In this document: positions 38,601-52,164 of the stretch, piece after piece
How the letters are laid out: the number at the start of each line of letters is the position of its first letter
Numbering within the stretch: position 1 is the first letter of the stretch
Assembly (NCBI GenBank): GCA_964016885.1
Contig: OZ024742.1
Coordinates: forward strand, 221,402,001-221,466,000
Direction of reading: 5' to 3'
DNA from: Eledone cirrhosa
Lineage: Eukaryota
Length of the DNA stretch: 64,000 nt
Translations under genes and position numbers: made by a program
Notes under the pieces: generated by a model
What the model was told of the DNA's origin: nothing
Database searches by the model: none
The model's input: only the letters and a program-made list of their open reading frames with translations

Positions 38601-39342
38601 AACGCAGCTTGCATGCTCCGCTGGATGTGTAACAGTAATATACGTGAACGGCAAAGCATAAACGAACTAAGGAAAAAATTAGAGATAAGAGGGATCAGAT
38701 GTTGTTTACTCGAGAGAAGGCTACGTTGGTATGGACACGTGATGCGCATGAAAGTCGATAGCTGTATAACAAAGTGCAGGGCAATAAAGATAGACGGTAG
38801 TCACGGAATAGGCAGACCTAGAAAAACCTGGGACGAGCTGATAAACTCCGACATCACACACTTACACCTCTCCAAGACAATGTCACTGGACCGAGACCTT
38901 TGGCGGTACTCAGTAACAGAGAAGACCCGCCTTACCTAAATATATAGTAAAACCTACTCCAGCCAGTAGGCATCTCTAACAAAATACACCCCGTCCCACC
39001 CCCACCACCCCCACCCCATCCACACCACCCCGTTCTATGTAAGGTTATGTTGGTGCCGCACCATCGAGGCCGAAACAAATGAGATCGTGTAGGTGTCACG
39101 ACAAAAAAACACACAGTCCACGCTGTAATGTGGCTGTGTAGGCAACACGGTAAAAACCTCCCAGACCCACACTGTAAATGTGGTTGGTGTTAGGAAGGGC
39201 ATCCAACTGTAGAAAACCTGCCAGACAGTCCTATGCGAGCAAGACAATCACTCTTGCCTCAAGTGGGACTACCCCCGTCCAAACCCATGCAAGCGTGGAA
39301 CACGGACGTTAAACGTTGATGATGATGATGATGATGATGATT
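35660..39342 (+). mobile_element. RTE family B copy with a 442-bp deletion in the APE domain
   Basis: 5'UTR shared with 47680-48164. The junction aatagaac|aggacg removes the equivalent of 48593-49034. RT ORF 36822-38939 is intact. Confidence 0.95.
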
Positions 39343-40281
39343 ATGATTATTATTAACATCACCATCACTATTCCTCACCCATTGCTGTAAGCCATTGTTT
39401 TGTCACTTCAATGTAATGAGATCTAAATTACTTCAAAACTAAAAAGAAAAAAAATATTCTTTCTCTTTGTTTTTTAAATATATTCTGATAAATTGAAACT
39501 GAGTAGAATTTCGCTGGAGAGCAGAATAAGAGAATGTCTGAATAATTTATATCCATTTATTTGCTAAAGTTGCTTATGCAATTTAAAACAACAACAGCAA
39601 AAAAGAAAATAACCCACCAACAAACAACAACTTTATTTTACATAATATTTTTTCCATGCAATAATTGGTTGGTAGGATGGTGCTGCAAATTTTCAATGTT
39701 CGGCATAAACTGTTTGAAAAGGTGTTGTTTTCAGTCATAGAGCAGCTCGGAACAACTAGGTGAAGCATTCTAGTAATATCTGCTTTCTTCAGCTGACATA
39801 TATACAGTGTTATTATATCACATAATATAAAACATTACATGAATATATTACATAATATAACATACACATATATATTATATAATATATCACATATACATTA
39901 CATAATATAAGGTATCATATTTTTTTTTCATTTTATGTCTGTTTGCAAGGGTGGGTATCATATTATATAATAAATCACATATACATTATATAATATATCA
40001 CATATTTATGTATAAATTCGAGCAATTTCCATCCATCACATAATGTCTGTGCATGTGTGTAAAAGCAAGGAAGAGAATGGTGAAAAAACTATAGAAAAAC
40101 AGCTGCTGGCGTTCCATTTGTTATGTTGTGTGTGAGTGTATGTGTATGCCTGTGTGAATGTATGTGTGTCTTTATGTGAATGTATGTGTGTTTGTATGAA
40201 TGTATGTGTATGTGTGAATGCATGTCTGTGAGTGTGTATTTTTGTGTGTCTGTGGTTGTTGCGCGTATATATGTATATACT

Positions 40282-40746
40282 CATCATCATCATCGTTTAA
40301 CGTCCATCTTCCACACTAGCATGGGTCAGATGGATTTGTCCCATTTGAGGCAAGTTGGGTTGGGTGGCCATGTCTCGCTTGTATAGGACGGTTTCTGGCT
40401 GTTTTTTTACAGCTGGATGCCCTTCCGAATGCCAACCACATTTACAGCATATGCTGGGTGCTTTTTGCCATGTCTCCTACATGACCACTTTACAGCATGG
40501 ACTGGGTGCTTTTTGTCGTGACACCTACATGGCCACCTTACAGTGTGGACTTGGTGCTTTTTGTCGTGACACCTACACGGCCACCTTACAGCGTGGACTG
40601 GGTGCTTTTTGTCGTGACACCTACACGACCACCTTACAGTGTAGACTTGGTGCTTTTTGTTGTGACGCCTACACGACCACCTTACAGTGTGGACTGGGTG
40701 CTTTTTGTCGTGACACCTACATGACCACCTTACAGTGTGGACTGGA
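40282..40746 (-). repeat. RTE 3' end with an expanded 48-bp tandem unit (about 6 copies)
   Basis: Unit gactgggtgctttttgtcgtgacacctacacgaccaccttacagtgtg, adjacent to the RTE tail and (ATC)n. Confidence 0.85.
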
Positions 40747-41199
40747 TACATATAAATATATGCACACACACATATACACATACGTGTCAGCGTGTTGAAA
40801 AAATTCTAGTATTATATAATATAATGTATCACATTTACATTACACAATATAACATATCACATACATATTATATAATAGATCTTCTGTCACTTTTGATGAT
40901 GAACATTCAGTTGTTTGATCAGTTGAATGTTCAAACTCATAAATTAACATGTAAGTGGTAGAGTATTCCACAGATATCAGCATGACACAATATGTGACAA
41001 GGCTGGATCTTGTGGGCTTCCAAACAGTTTCTGTCTACCCAATTTCACTCTCAAGCCTTGCGTAGACCTACTAATAATGATTCTGCCAGTCCACTACCCT
41101 AGACTGGTAATTTATTCATTGACCCTTGGAGGTAAAAGAAGAAGCTAACTTCAGCAGCGTTTGATGTCAAAACACTGAATACATTTCATCCAAAACTCT

Positions 41200-41460
41200 A
41201 GTTAGTTAGGTTGGCCAGGATGCTTATGTCCTTTTTCCACACCTCTTTGCCCACCATTGCCATCTTCAATTCCAGGATAGATTCCAGACCAGTATCATGC
41301 TTCAGGTTGTCAAATAATGACATGATGTCCACCACAGATTTATGTCCATCATTGGCATCTTCTGTTCCTGGTTAGATTCCAGGCCAGTATCCTGCTTCAG
41401 GTTGTCAATGTATGTGACATGATGTCCACCACAGCATTCTACTCCCTGCTGTGATTCCAA
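41200..41460 (-). mobile_element. Old LINE C-terminal remnant, duplicated
   Basis: Direct repeat; the minus strand reads VTYIDNLKQDTGLES, resembling RTE/RTEX C-termini. Confidence 0.4.
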
Positions 41461-42089
41461 CAGAATCAGCTTTAACACTTTCTCTTCTGGATCTCCTATA
41501 TAATGTCATGAGATACTGTTGGCATTCTCTAATTTTCTCACATACTTGGGAGGGGTGGTGGAGGTTTCCATACAGATATTCATTAGTCTTGTACTGCAAA
41601 CACCACATTAAATGAATATTTTGTTGAAATGATAATTAACTCTTTTCATACCAAACCACTCCTGCTTTAACAGTACAAAGCTGCTTATCTTAACCCTTTA
41701 GCATTTAAACCAGCTGTATCCACCAGAATTCCCTCACCTCTTTCTGTTCACACCGGCTGTAATTGGCCACTCATACTTATGTTAAGGTATTGTTCTCAAA
41801 ATGTATAATATCTGAATCTCAGATTCGATATTATGTGAGATAAAGGGTTACCTTGAAAATACAATAGTAAATATAGTGTAATGTAAATACTAAAGGCTTA
41901 AAGTGTTTATATTTATCTAAAAATCTTTTATAATTTAATGCAAAAACCTTTAAGTTTTGCTTCAAACAGCAAATAACTAACAAGAAAGTTAGTTATATTA
42001 CTAAACACTTCCAAATTCTTGATTATTTTCTGAATAATATCAAAATGATAAGCAGAGGTAAGGGCTAAAACAAGTTCAATAGCACTTAC

Positions 42090-42174
42090 CAATAATTGTT
42101 TGCCATCTTCATTAAGTAAGACACTCTCCAAGGTCTGTTGTGTGTAAATCCCTTCGTCCAGCTCCTCCAGAAAT
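42090..42174 (-). CDS. WASHC5: Strumpellin (WASH complex subunit 5) internal exon, [28 protein letters not shown]
   Basis: Pyrimidine tract plus cctcag acceptor and gtaagt donor; 85 bp. Matches the remembered strumpellin sequence [28 protein letters not shown]. Confidence 0.93.
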
Positions 42175-42865
42175 CTGAGGAGAACAACAGGAGATCCGTT
42201 CTTTGAGAAACAATTGTTTTTATCATTTAAAAAATACATATATTTCCATTGTTATATAACTTTTGTTCAATAAAGACAGAAATATAGCCATATCTCAATT
42301 ACCATTCCTTCTTGAATGGTGTTGGTAATAGCAGAATGGGTCAGTTTATAAAATAGATGTAAAAGAATTTTACATCTAATTTTAACCAGGAATTTTACAT
42401 CAAATTTTAACCAGGATCAACATTATATCTATTGTACTATATATAGTTTTTTAGGATTATTATTACTACCCCCGCTCACTGTTTAATGTCTATTTTCCAT
42501 GCTTTCTTGTGTTAGATGGGTTGTCATGTGCTGAGGCTGGACAAGTCCGGTGACCATGTCTTGCTCATATGTTCCATTTTTGGTTTGGTTTTTATGGTTG
42601 GATGCCTTTCCTGGTGTCAACCACTTTACAACATTTACCCGGAGCCTGTTTTATATAGCTGGATGCTGTTTCTGACACCTACCACTTTACAGCATGGGTT
42701 GGGTGCATTTTTATTATGGCATCATCACTGGGGAGGCATCATTAGTGTGTATGATACTGCTAGGGGAAAGAAAGTGTTGGGTCATAGGAGTGGCCTTGAT
42801 ATATATATATATATAGAATAAGGTTCTACACAGTTTCATCTTCCTTCATGAGGTAATGTTCATAG

Positions 42866-43301
42866 CAGAAGACCTGGGATGAGGTGATAAAAGCCGACCT
42901 TACCCAATTGCACCTCTCAAAAGCGATGACACATGACCGTGACCTCTGGCGTCGCGCAGTAATACAGAATACCCGACGCCCCCACGGGTACAAGCCGAAG
43001 CTGAAGCATACAGACAATATGCCCCCACACCCTCCCACTGCAAGGTGGTTGTGGAGGTGCCACGGCAAAAAAGCACCCAGCCCACACAGTAAAGTGAACG
43101 TGTAGGCACCACGGAAAAAGCACCCAGCACTCACTGTAAATGAGGTTGGTGTTAGGAAGGGCATCCAGCTGTAGAAATCAAGCCAAAATCAGTTCCCGTA
43201 TGAGCAAGGTATGGTCAGCCGACCGGACACTGCCCACAACAGGACAACCCATCTAACCCATGCTAGCGTGGAAGAACGGATGTAAAATGGTGATGATGAT
43301 G
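42866..43301 (+). mobile_element. 3' end of a third RTE subfamily
   Basis: KTWDEVIKADLTQLHLSKAMTHDRDLWR followed by a UTR with the shared aggaagggcatcc module and (GAT)n. Confidence 0.8.
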
Positions 43302-43321
43302 ATATACACACACATGTACTA

Positions 43322-43360
<39 letters not shown>

Positions 43361-43767
43361 CAGAATGGCCCGGCGTTGCTCGGGATTTGCTCTAGGGTTC
43401 CTATATATTTGATATATATTTATCCTTATCGAGTCTCGTGAAATAAACACGTTTGTTTATATTTTGTTATTATGTATGCAAAAATATCTGTACACGAATA
43501 TATATATATATATATATATATATAACAGTACATAGAAGTACAGAATACCTCGGCCCTGGGATGGTGTCTACATTTTGTGCTTATAAAAAAATTTGTCGTA
43601 GATTACCAGGGTTTTTTCTGTGCAAAGAAAATCAATACTTTATCGCGAAATAAATACTTTTGTTTATATTTTGTTATTGTGTATGCAAAAATATCTGTAC
43701 ACAAATATATAATTATATATGTACAATGATATTAAATAAATGGAAACTATATTCATAAAACCATATT

Positions 43768-43828
43768 TATTCTATTATATATATTTCAAGGGTACCAAAA
43801 TTTTGGTACGCTATCATCAGATAAAATA
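43768..43828 (-). ncRNA. Type I hammerhead in a pLTR fragment
   Basis: tattttat CTGATGA tagcgtaccaaaattttggtaccctt GAAA tatata TA atagaata. Confidence 0.75.
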
Positions 43829-44039
43829 CAAAATGTTTTATAAATATTTGACATAACCAAGGATAATATACCTTAATAGTTCAAGTTATCCTTGGAGAGT
43901 GAAAGGAAGAGAGAAAAGAGTCAGATATTTCAAATTATTAAGATGAGTATGCAAATGAGGTTTATGTTGAATGCTCTGAAACTGTTGAGTGCTCTGAATC
44001 AGTTATAAACATTTATATTTGTTGATTTACCAACAAATT

Positions 44040-44828
44040 GAATATCCCTTCATGCCTCTCTAGTAACATTGTCTACAAATGTAAGGTTGAAACACCCACG
44101 TCCCGTAAGGCCTTCATAGGGTTAACCGCCAATAGATTCAAGCAGCGTCTTTACATGCATACCCATTCTTTTCTTAACCCTTTAAGAAGGAATATGACGT
44201 TACTTTCAGCTTATATCTGGAGTCTAAAAGACAACCACACCCAATATAAGTTACACTGGGAGATCCTAGCTAGGGCTATATCGTATAACGGAAATAAAAG
44301 ACCATGTAACCTCTGCGCTGCTGAGGCCCTGGAAATACCACATCTTAAACAAAAAATCTGAGGCAATTTCGGCTTGTAAACATAAATTGCACAAAACTTT
44401 CCTGTATTACAGCCCCACATTATACCCTAACGGATAGTACGAACTATACGCGGATATTTTACGTCTAGATGTGGTAGCTATATATATATTATGTTTATAC
44501 CATTACTTATTTGTATAGGTAAGTATATATTACCTGTATGTTTTGTGAAGGTACGTATACTTTCTTGTACGTATATTTGATTGTATATGTTATGGCGTAT
44601 ATATTATATATTCTGGTACATATGCTTTTGGTTATGTGTATACGTGAGTTTTGCGTCTGTGTGAGTATGCGGGTTCGTACGTATGTAGGGTGTGTGTATA
44701 TGTGTACTTTGTGTTTTGGTTGACGTATGTCTCCGAACATATGTATATTTACATGTAGGTATGTGTGTGCGCTTGTTATATACGTATTTATTTATTTATA
44801 TACGTTTATTTAATTATATGTATACATG

Positions 44829-44863
<35 letters not shown>

Positions 44864-45560
44864 TTTTTAATATATATTTTAATGTGTATTTGGTGTATAC
44901 ATTCGTATGCGTGCGGGTACAGGCGTTGCGTGGGTTCTGTATGTGTATACGGGGTTTTTTTTTTTTTTGTGTACGTGCGTGTATTTGTATACCTATGGCG
45001 AGTGTTTTCGCGTATGCTTGTGTATGTACGTTTATGTATGCGTGTATGGATTTATTTAATTTCAATTACCTCTGTATTTTATTTACTTTATTCTTAACTC
45101 TGAAGCCGAGAATCATTCGGTGTCCTAGTTAGAATTTTAGTCTACGATTTCAGTTATACCATTTACGTGGTTTTGTCTTTGCATGCAATTGTTCTCCCCG
45201 CTCCACATGACGTATTTTCTTCGTTTTTTCCGTTCATTGCCAGAGAACGTCTCTATGAACCACCTAATAGAATATTAGTCTATGACTTCTTTTATACCAT
45301 AAACGTGGTTTTGTCTTTGCATGTAATTGTTTTTCACCGCTCCAAATAATGACGTATTATATTCTTTTTTTCCTGTTCTTTGCCAGGGAACGTTTCCACG
45401 AACCAAAGTATCGTCTTCCTGTCTTCCTCCTGTTGCAACGTTTTTTTGAAATATTCACTTCTGCGTTCACAGATTGACTTTGTTAGTTTCAGAAGATCCC
45501 GTTAAGGGTGAAAGCAGCGATTCTTTGCTTAAACTTTAATCTGTTATTTTAATAAATATT
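44040..45560 (+). mobile_element. Second Penelope-like family: GIY-YIG EN fragment, long UTR and pLTR hammerhead
   Basis: ORF 44038-44361 (IVYKC..FIGLT..FKQR..H..LSAYIWSLK..CNLC); hammerhead at 45485-45535. Confidence 0.8.
45485..45535 (+). ncRNA. Type I hammerhead with a CAGAAGA (U4A) core
   Basis: agttt CAGAAGA tcccgttaagggt GAAA gcagcgattctttgc TT aaact. Copies at 46111-46161 (-) and 59326-59376 (-). Confidence 0.65.
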
Positions 45561-45654
45561 TGCTCTATGTTTCTTATATATTTGATATATATTAATCCTT
45601 ATCGAGCCCTCTTTGGATTTTAGTCTTCAAATTTATTACAATATATATATATAT

Positions 45655-46004
45655 GGAGGCACATGGCTTAGTGGTTAGAGCATTGGCCTTGCAATCGAAA
45701 GGTTGTGAGTTCAATTCTCAAACCGGGCGATGTGTTGTTTCCTTGAGCAAGACACTTTATTTCACATTGCTCCAGTTTACTCAGCTGTAGAAATGAGATG
45801 ATAGGGACTGGGGTCCATATATCATTCCACTGTAAAGTGGACGTGTAGGTGCCACGGCAAAAAAGCACCCAGCACTCACTGTAAATGAGGTTGGTGTTAG
45901 GAAGGGCATCCAGCTGTAGAAATCAAGCCAAAATCAGTTCCCGTCCCACCCTTGCAAGCAGGGAAAAAGCGGACGTAAAATGAAATGATGAAATGAAATG
46001 ATGA
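45655..46004 (+). mobile_element. tRNA-CORE SINE with an RTE family A 3' tail
   Basis: A and B boxes plus CORE, then cccgtcccacccttgcaagcagggaaaaagcggacgtaaaatga. Confidence 0.88.
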
Positions 46005-46547
46005 TATATATATATCTTTTACCTGTTTCAGCCATCTGGCTGAGGCCATGCTGGGGCACCGCCCTTGTATATATATTAATATATATATATATATTAAAAT
46101 AACAGATTAAAGTTTAAGCAAAGAATCGCTGCTTTCACCCTTAACAGGATCTTTTGAAACTAAAAAAAATCGATCTGTGAACGCAGAAGTAAATATTTCG
46201 AAAAACGTTACACACTATATATATATAGATACACACACTATATATACATATATATACACACACACAGCGACATCATAATGTCATTATGCAGACAGCCAGA
46301 CATACAGCCAGATATTATAAGGGCGCAACGTTATATCTATGTATCTATCTAAAAAGAGAAAGACTAGGAATTATAGAGAGAGACCGCTAAATCACCTAAT
46401 GCGGTCCTTAAGGCATTGAAAATTTGAAATTATTTTTGCTCAAAACGCTCACAGGACCATAAGTATTACATGTGTAAAGTTTGAAAACAATCGGTTGGGT
46501 GGTTCTCGAGTCTTAGTGAGCAGATAGACAGACATTCTCTGTGTTAG

Positions 46548-47285
46548 ATATATATATTATAAAATGAAGTATGTGTGTGTCTGTGTATTACCTATAGGGG
46601 CCTACATCTTACGACCGATTTTCATGAAACTTTACAGGCTCATAGATTAGTCATCAGGGAGTGTTTTCTATATATCAGCGTATCGTTTTTTTTTTATTCC
46701 GGAGAAATTCTGCAGATAAAAATCGATAGGGGGGGTCACCTTTTTTTAGGTATCGAAAAATAAGATTTTTGGCTCTAGCTCCCACATTTTGCCACCAATT
46801 TCTTTCAAATTTTAAAGCAAAATAAAATTTATCATTGCACATCCTGTAATGGCTTCATATTTTGCATTTGTTGTTCAGGGACGGCGTGGCAGCCGCTTAA
46901 ATATTCAAAAATACCACTTTTAGACTCAAATTTCACTTTGTTCAAATTTTACACTACGCTAGATCTGATTATTTCACGTCTTAAAGTGGCTTTACATTTT
47001 GGAATTTTTGTTCAGGAACGGCGTGGCAGCCGCTTAAATATTCGAAAATACCACCTTTTCGGCTCTAGCTCACACATTTACCCACCGATTTCATTCAAAT
47101 TCGAAACTCCCTCCCCCAGCATGCCCCTTCGTCAGTCACCCGCATTTCTCAGTGATAGAGGTCATCACCACCCTCCCCCGCATGGCCTGTGGCTGGCCAT
47201 AGATGAGTCATCGAGAAGCAGTCGCTAACATCAACACCTTTTCATCAAAGCAGATATTATTTTACCTACCCAGGCAACGCTGGTA
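46548..47285 (+). mobile_element. Probable non-autonomous Helitron remnant
   Basis: Microsatellite near the 5' end; degenerate 3' hairpin cccaggcaacgctgg resembling that of 25951-28446. Confidence 0.45.
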
Positions 47286-47584
47286 TATATATGTAAAAGG
47301 TAAACAGAAATAACAACACAATCTGTATAGTATATGGAAGGAATATATTAGGTTAACACTTGAAATAGCAGGAAGAGGGTTTTAACATTTTGGACGCTAG
47401 GCCTTCATCAGAAGAAAGACATGTAATGCATATGGATGATGATTTTGATGTGAATATATGCTAGTAGTTTCAAGTGAAAGGAAATAAGGGAAGAGGAAGA
47501 CCAAGGCAGTGGTAGTGAAAGCTGACCCTAGTATGCTGTCCTGAAGACAGTTGTTTTTGTTATATATTTACACACACATGCACA

Positions 47585-47622
<38 letters not shown>

Positions 47623-47643
47623 CACACACACACACACACACAT

Positions 47644-47679
<36 letters not shown>

Positions 47680-47685
<6 letters not shown>

Positions 47686-50600
47686 TTCATTTCATTGCTT
47701 GCTGTCCCACGAAATTCATGTAAACGTAATGTACAGACTTCATCTCTCTCTCTCTCTCTCCTAGCGTATTTTCAAAACAATCCATATTTCGTATCAAGTC
47801 CAAATAGCCAATCTATCGCTAAAACAAACTACATTTTCTGTTTCTATTAACTGCTAAATACGTAGGTTTTTGGACGTATTTAACAGAACAAATTTTGTAT
47901 TTTTGTTAATCGCTTGTTAAATGCATGGACCCCACTCAATCATTACCTTCTTGCTAGCTACCCAACACCATTGCTATTACGTGGACCAATCATAAAACAG
48001 AGCCCCCACGCATCACCAGTATTATTACGCGGACCAATCAGAAACCAGAGGCCTATACTATCGCTTGCCTGGTTGCCTTTCGATATACGATATATGATGG
48101 ATGGATGGACTGCGGAATCCTGGAGAGTGGAGGTGAGAGAGAAAAATCTGGACGCTCAGCGACAATGCCAAAGATAAAGACAAATTCACCCCTTGGACGA
48201 GAATGCGAGCACTCCTCATTGTTTCGACCGCGGACGGCTAACATAACCCCATCGCCCCCCGCCCCTCACCGCCCCCAACCCCCAAACGCAATCCAAAACT
48301 TCAGAGTTGGTACCATAAATGTAGGCACCCTAAAGGGTCGCGCTAACGAGGTTGTAGAAATGCTTGAACGTAAGGAGGTCGATGTTTGTTGTATTCAAGA
48401 GACCAGGTGGAGGGGTGGGTCTGCTAGGTTCATTGAGGGTAAAAAACGATGTTATAAGCTTTTCTGGGTGGGAAACGACGATGGGCTGGGTGGAGTAGGA
48501 ATCATGGTAGCAGAAAAGTGGGCAGATAAGATAATAGACGTAAATAGAGTGAACGACAGAATAATTAAAATACGACTTGTCCTCAATAGAACTACGGTGA
48601 CAGTAATATCTGCGTACGCACCCCAATCCGGACTGCCCGGCACTATAAAAGACAGATTCTATGAGACACTGATGCTAACTACCTCCCAAATATCCGACAG
48701 TGACTATATAATTATCGCAGGCGACCTAAATGGTCACGTTGGACAACATTGTGACGGCTACGACGAAATCCATGGAGGCTATGGGTTTGGTACTAGAAAT
48801 GAGGAAGGCTCCAGAATCCTGGAATTCTGTGATGCAAATAACCTAACTATCTGTAACACTAACTTCAAAAAACGTGACAATCACCTGATCACCTATAGAT
48901 CCGGGGAACACACAAGCCAGGTAGATTATATCCTTACCAGAAGACGTGACAGAGTGTCTGTTGTTAACACTAAATCCCTCCCCCATGAAGAATGCACCTC
49001 CCAACATAGACTGATAATTAGCGACCTCATAGTCAGGACGAGACGTACTCGACAACAGAAGAGGACTATCCTCAGGAGGAAAATATGGAAGCTAAAGGAC
49101 CCCACAGCCAGGAATAAATTTCAAAGCATATTACTTGATGCTTTCGACAGTAAGGAAGAACATTTAGAGTCGGACAATATAGAGGGAGAGTGGGAATTTC
49201 TGAAAGCAAACCTGCTGTTGGCGACAGACGAGGTCTGTGGCTGGAGCAGGCCTGTAGGCAGGAGGAGAGTAACATGGTGGTGGAACAGTAAGGTGGAGGG
49301 GTCAATTAAGGCCAAAAAGCAGGCTTGGAAAGTATGGCGGGATGGGGGAAGTAGAGAGGACTATCAAGTGGCCAGGAGGGAAGCTAGGAGACAAGTGTAC
49401 TTAGCAAGAAGGGAAGCTGAGGAAAGAAAGTTCAAGCATGTTCTACAACGCGATGACCAAAAACGTGAGGTGTTCAGGATTGCTAGGCAATGCGTCAAGG
49501 AAAACCGTGATATTGTCGGGGAGAAGTGTGTACTAAACGACGATGGCACACTTGCCATCACCGACGCTGATAAGAAGGTAGCTTGGAAGTGTCACTATGA
49601 AAGGCTTCTAAATGAGGAGAATAATTGGGAGAAAGGCAGTCTCCCCCATATCGACCCAATAGAGGGACCAGCAGTGTTAGTCGAGGGGAGTATAATAAGT
49701 AAGGCAATCAAGGATATGAAGACTGGTAAGGCGGCTGGGCCTTCGGAAATAGTTGCTGAGATGCTGAAGGCATCTGGCACGGTGGGACACACCATGGTCA
49801 CCCGCATAGTTAACCAAGTCGTACAGAATGGGGTTGTTCCGAAGGACTGGCATAGCAGCATCATCGTTAACTGTTATAAGGGTAAAGGAGACGCCCTAGA
49901 TAGGAGTAACTATAGAGGCATTAAATTAATCGACCAGGTCATGAAGGTCACGGAAAGAGTAATAGCGCAACTAATCAGAGAGAGAATTGACCTAGATGAA
50001 ATGCAGTTCGGGTTTGTGTCAGGCAAAAGTACCACAGACGCTCTTTTCATAGTACGACAACTACAGGAGAAGTACCTAGCTAAAGGTAAACCCCTCTACT
50101 TAGCTTTTGTCGACTTGGAGAAAGCCTTCGACAGAGTCCCCCGCTCCATTATCTGGTGGGCTCTTAGAAAACTAGGCGTTGACGAATGGCTTGTGAGGGC
50201 TATACAAGCCATGTATAAAGAAACAGTCAGCAAGGTTAGAATTAACAACGAATATAGTGAAGAGTTTAGCGTAAAAGTTGGCGTCCATCAGGGCTCTGTT
50301 CTCAGTCCACTACTATTTATTATTGCCCTTCAGGCTATAACAGAGGAGTTCAAGACAGGCTGCCCATGGGAACTCCTATACGCAGACGACCTGACACTCA
50401 TAGCGGAATCAATGGCCGAGCTAGAGAAGAAATTCCAAACATGGAAGCACGGCCTAGAGTCAAAAGGACTTAAAATTAACCTGGCTAAGACCAAAGTACT
50501 AGTTTGTAGGAAAGAAAACAAGGCGGCGGTCCCTTCTGGGAAATGGTCGTGCTCGGTGTGTAGGAAAGGCGTAGGTAGAAACTCCATTTTATGTCCTAAA

Positions 50601-51734
50601 TGCAAAGTATGGGTGCATAAAAGATGTAGTGGGATCACAGGTAAGCTAACTAAGAACATAGATTTTACATGTGGCCGGTGCTCTGGTGCAATAAGTAGCA
50701 GCAAGTGCCCACAAACTACTAGCTCTTTCAATTGCGCAGAGGGTTCTATAGAAATAGTGGACAGCTTCCGTTACCTGGGCGATAAAATCAGCAGTGGGGG
50801 AGGGTGCTCTGAAAGTACTGTAGCTAGAGTCAGAACTGGTTGGAAAAAGTTCAGAGAGCTTATACCACTATTAGCTGCTAAAGGGTTCTCACTAAAAATG
50901 AAAGGCAGGTTGTACGATGCCTGCATACGAACAGCAATGCTGCATGGCAGTGAGACCTGGGCATTGTGTGCAGAGGATATACGCAGACTAGAGAGGAACG
51001 AAGCTTGCATGCTCCGCTGGATGTGTAACAGTAATATACGTGAACGGCAAAGCATAAACGAACTAAGGAAAAAATTAGAGATAAGAGGGATCAGATGTTG
51101 TTTACTCGAGAGAAGGCTACGTTGGTATGGACACGTGATGCGCATGAAAGTCGATAGCTGTATAACAAGTGCAGGGCAATAAAGATAGACGGTAGTCACG
51201 GAATAGGCAGACCTAGAAAAACCTGGGACGAGCTGATAAACTCCGACATCACACACTTACACCTCTCCAAGACAATGTCACTGGACCGAGACCTTTGGCG
51301 GTACTCAGTAACAGAGAAGACCCGCCTTACCTAAATATATAGTAAAACCTACTCCAGCCAGTAGGCATCTCTAACAAAATACACCCCGTCCCACCACCAC
51401 CACCCCCACCCGATCCACACCACCCCGTTCTATGTAAAGTTATGTTGGTGCCGCGCCATCGAGGCCAAAACAAATGAGATCGTGTAGGTGTCACGACAAA
51501 AAACACACAGTCCACGCTGTAATGTGGCCGTGTAGGCAACACGGTAAAAACCTCCCAGACCCACACTGTAAATGTGGTTGGTGTTAGGAAGGGCATCCAA
51601 CTGTAGAAAACCTGCCAGACAGTCCTATGCGAGCAAGACAATCACTCTTGCCTCAAGTGGGACTACCCCCGTCCAAACCCATGCAAGCGTGGAACACGGA
51701 CGTTAAACGTTGATGATGATGATGATGATGATGA
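47680..51734 (+). mobile_element. Near full-length RTE family B LINE (5'UTR, APE-RT-PHD ORF, 3'UTR)
   Basis: 1025-aa ORF 48105-51182, likely ATG at 48165. A 1-bp deletion near 51168 truncates the C-terminus relative to the 36822-38939 copy. (GAT)n tail. Confidence 0.96.
47975..48045 (+). promoter_or_regulatory. Paired CCAAT boxes in the RTE-B 5'UTR (putative internal Pol II promoter)
   Basis: tattacgtggaccaatca and tattacgcggaccaatcag; conserved at ~36025-36092. Confidence 0.5.
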
Positions 51735-51759
51735 TATATATATATATATATATATATAT

Positions 51760-52085
51760 GGAGGCACATGGCTTAGTGGTTAGAGCATTGGGCTTGCAAT
51801 CAAAAGGTTGTGAGTTCAATTCTCAGACCGGGTGATGTGTTGTTTCCTTGAGCAAGAGACTTTATTTCACATTGCTCCAGTTTACTCAGCTGTAGAAATG
51901 AGATGATAGGGACTGGGGTCCCTATCATTCCACTGTAAAGTGGTCGTGGAGGTGCCATGGCAAAAAATGCACCCAGCACTCACTGTAAATGAGGTTGGTG
52001 TTAGGAAGGGCATCCAGCTGTAGAAATCAAGGCAGCATCAGTTCCTGTCCCACCCTTGCAAGCAGGGAAAAGCGGACGTAAAATG

Positions 52086-52087
<2 letters not shown>
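51760..52087 (+). mobile_element. tRNA-CORE SINE with an RTE-A tail
   Basis: Same family as 45655; sits within (TA)n. Confidence 0.88.
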
Positions 52088-52125
<38 letters not shown>

Positions 52126-52164
52126 ATATTAAATAAATGGAAACTATATTTATAAAACCATATT

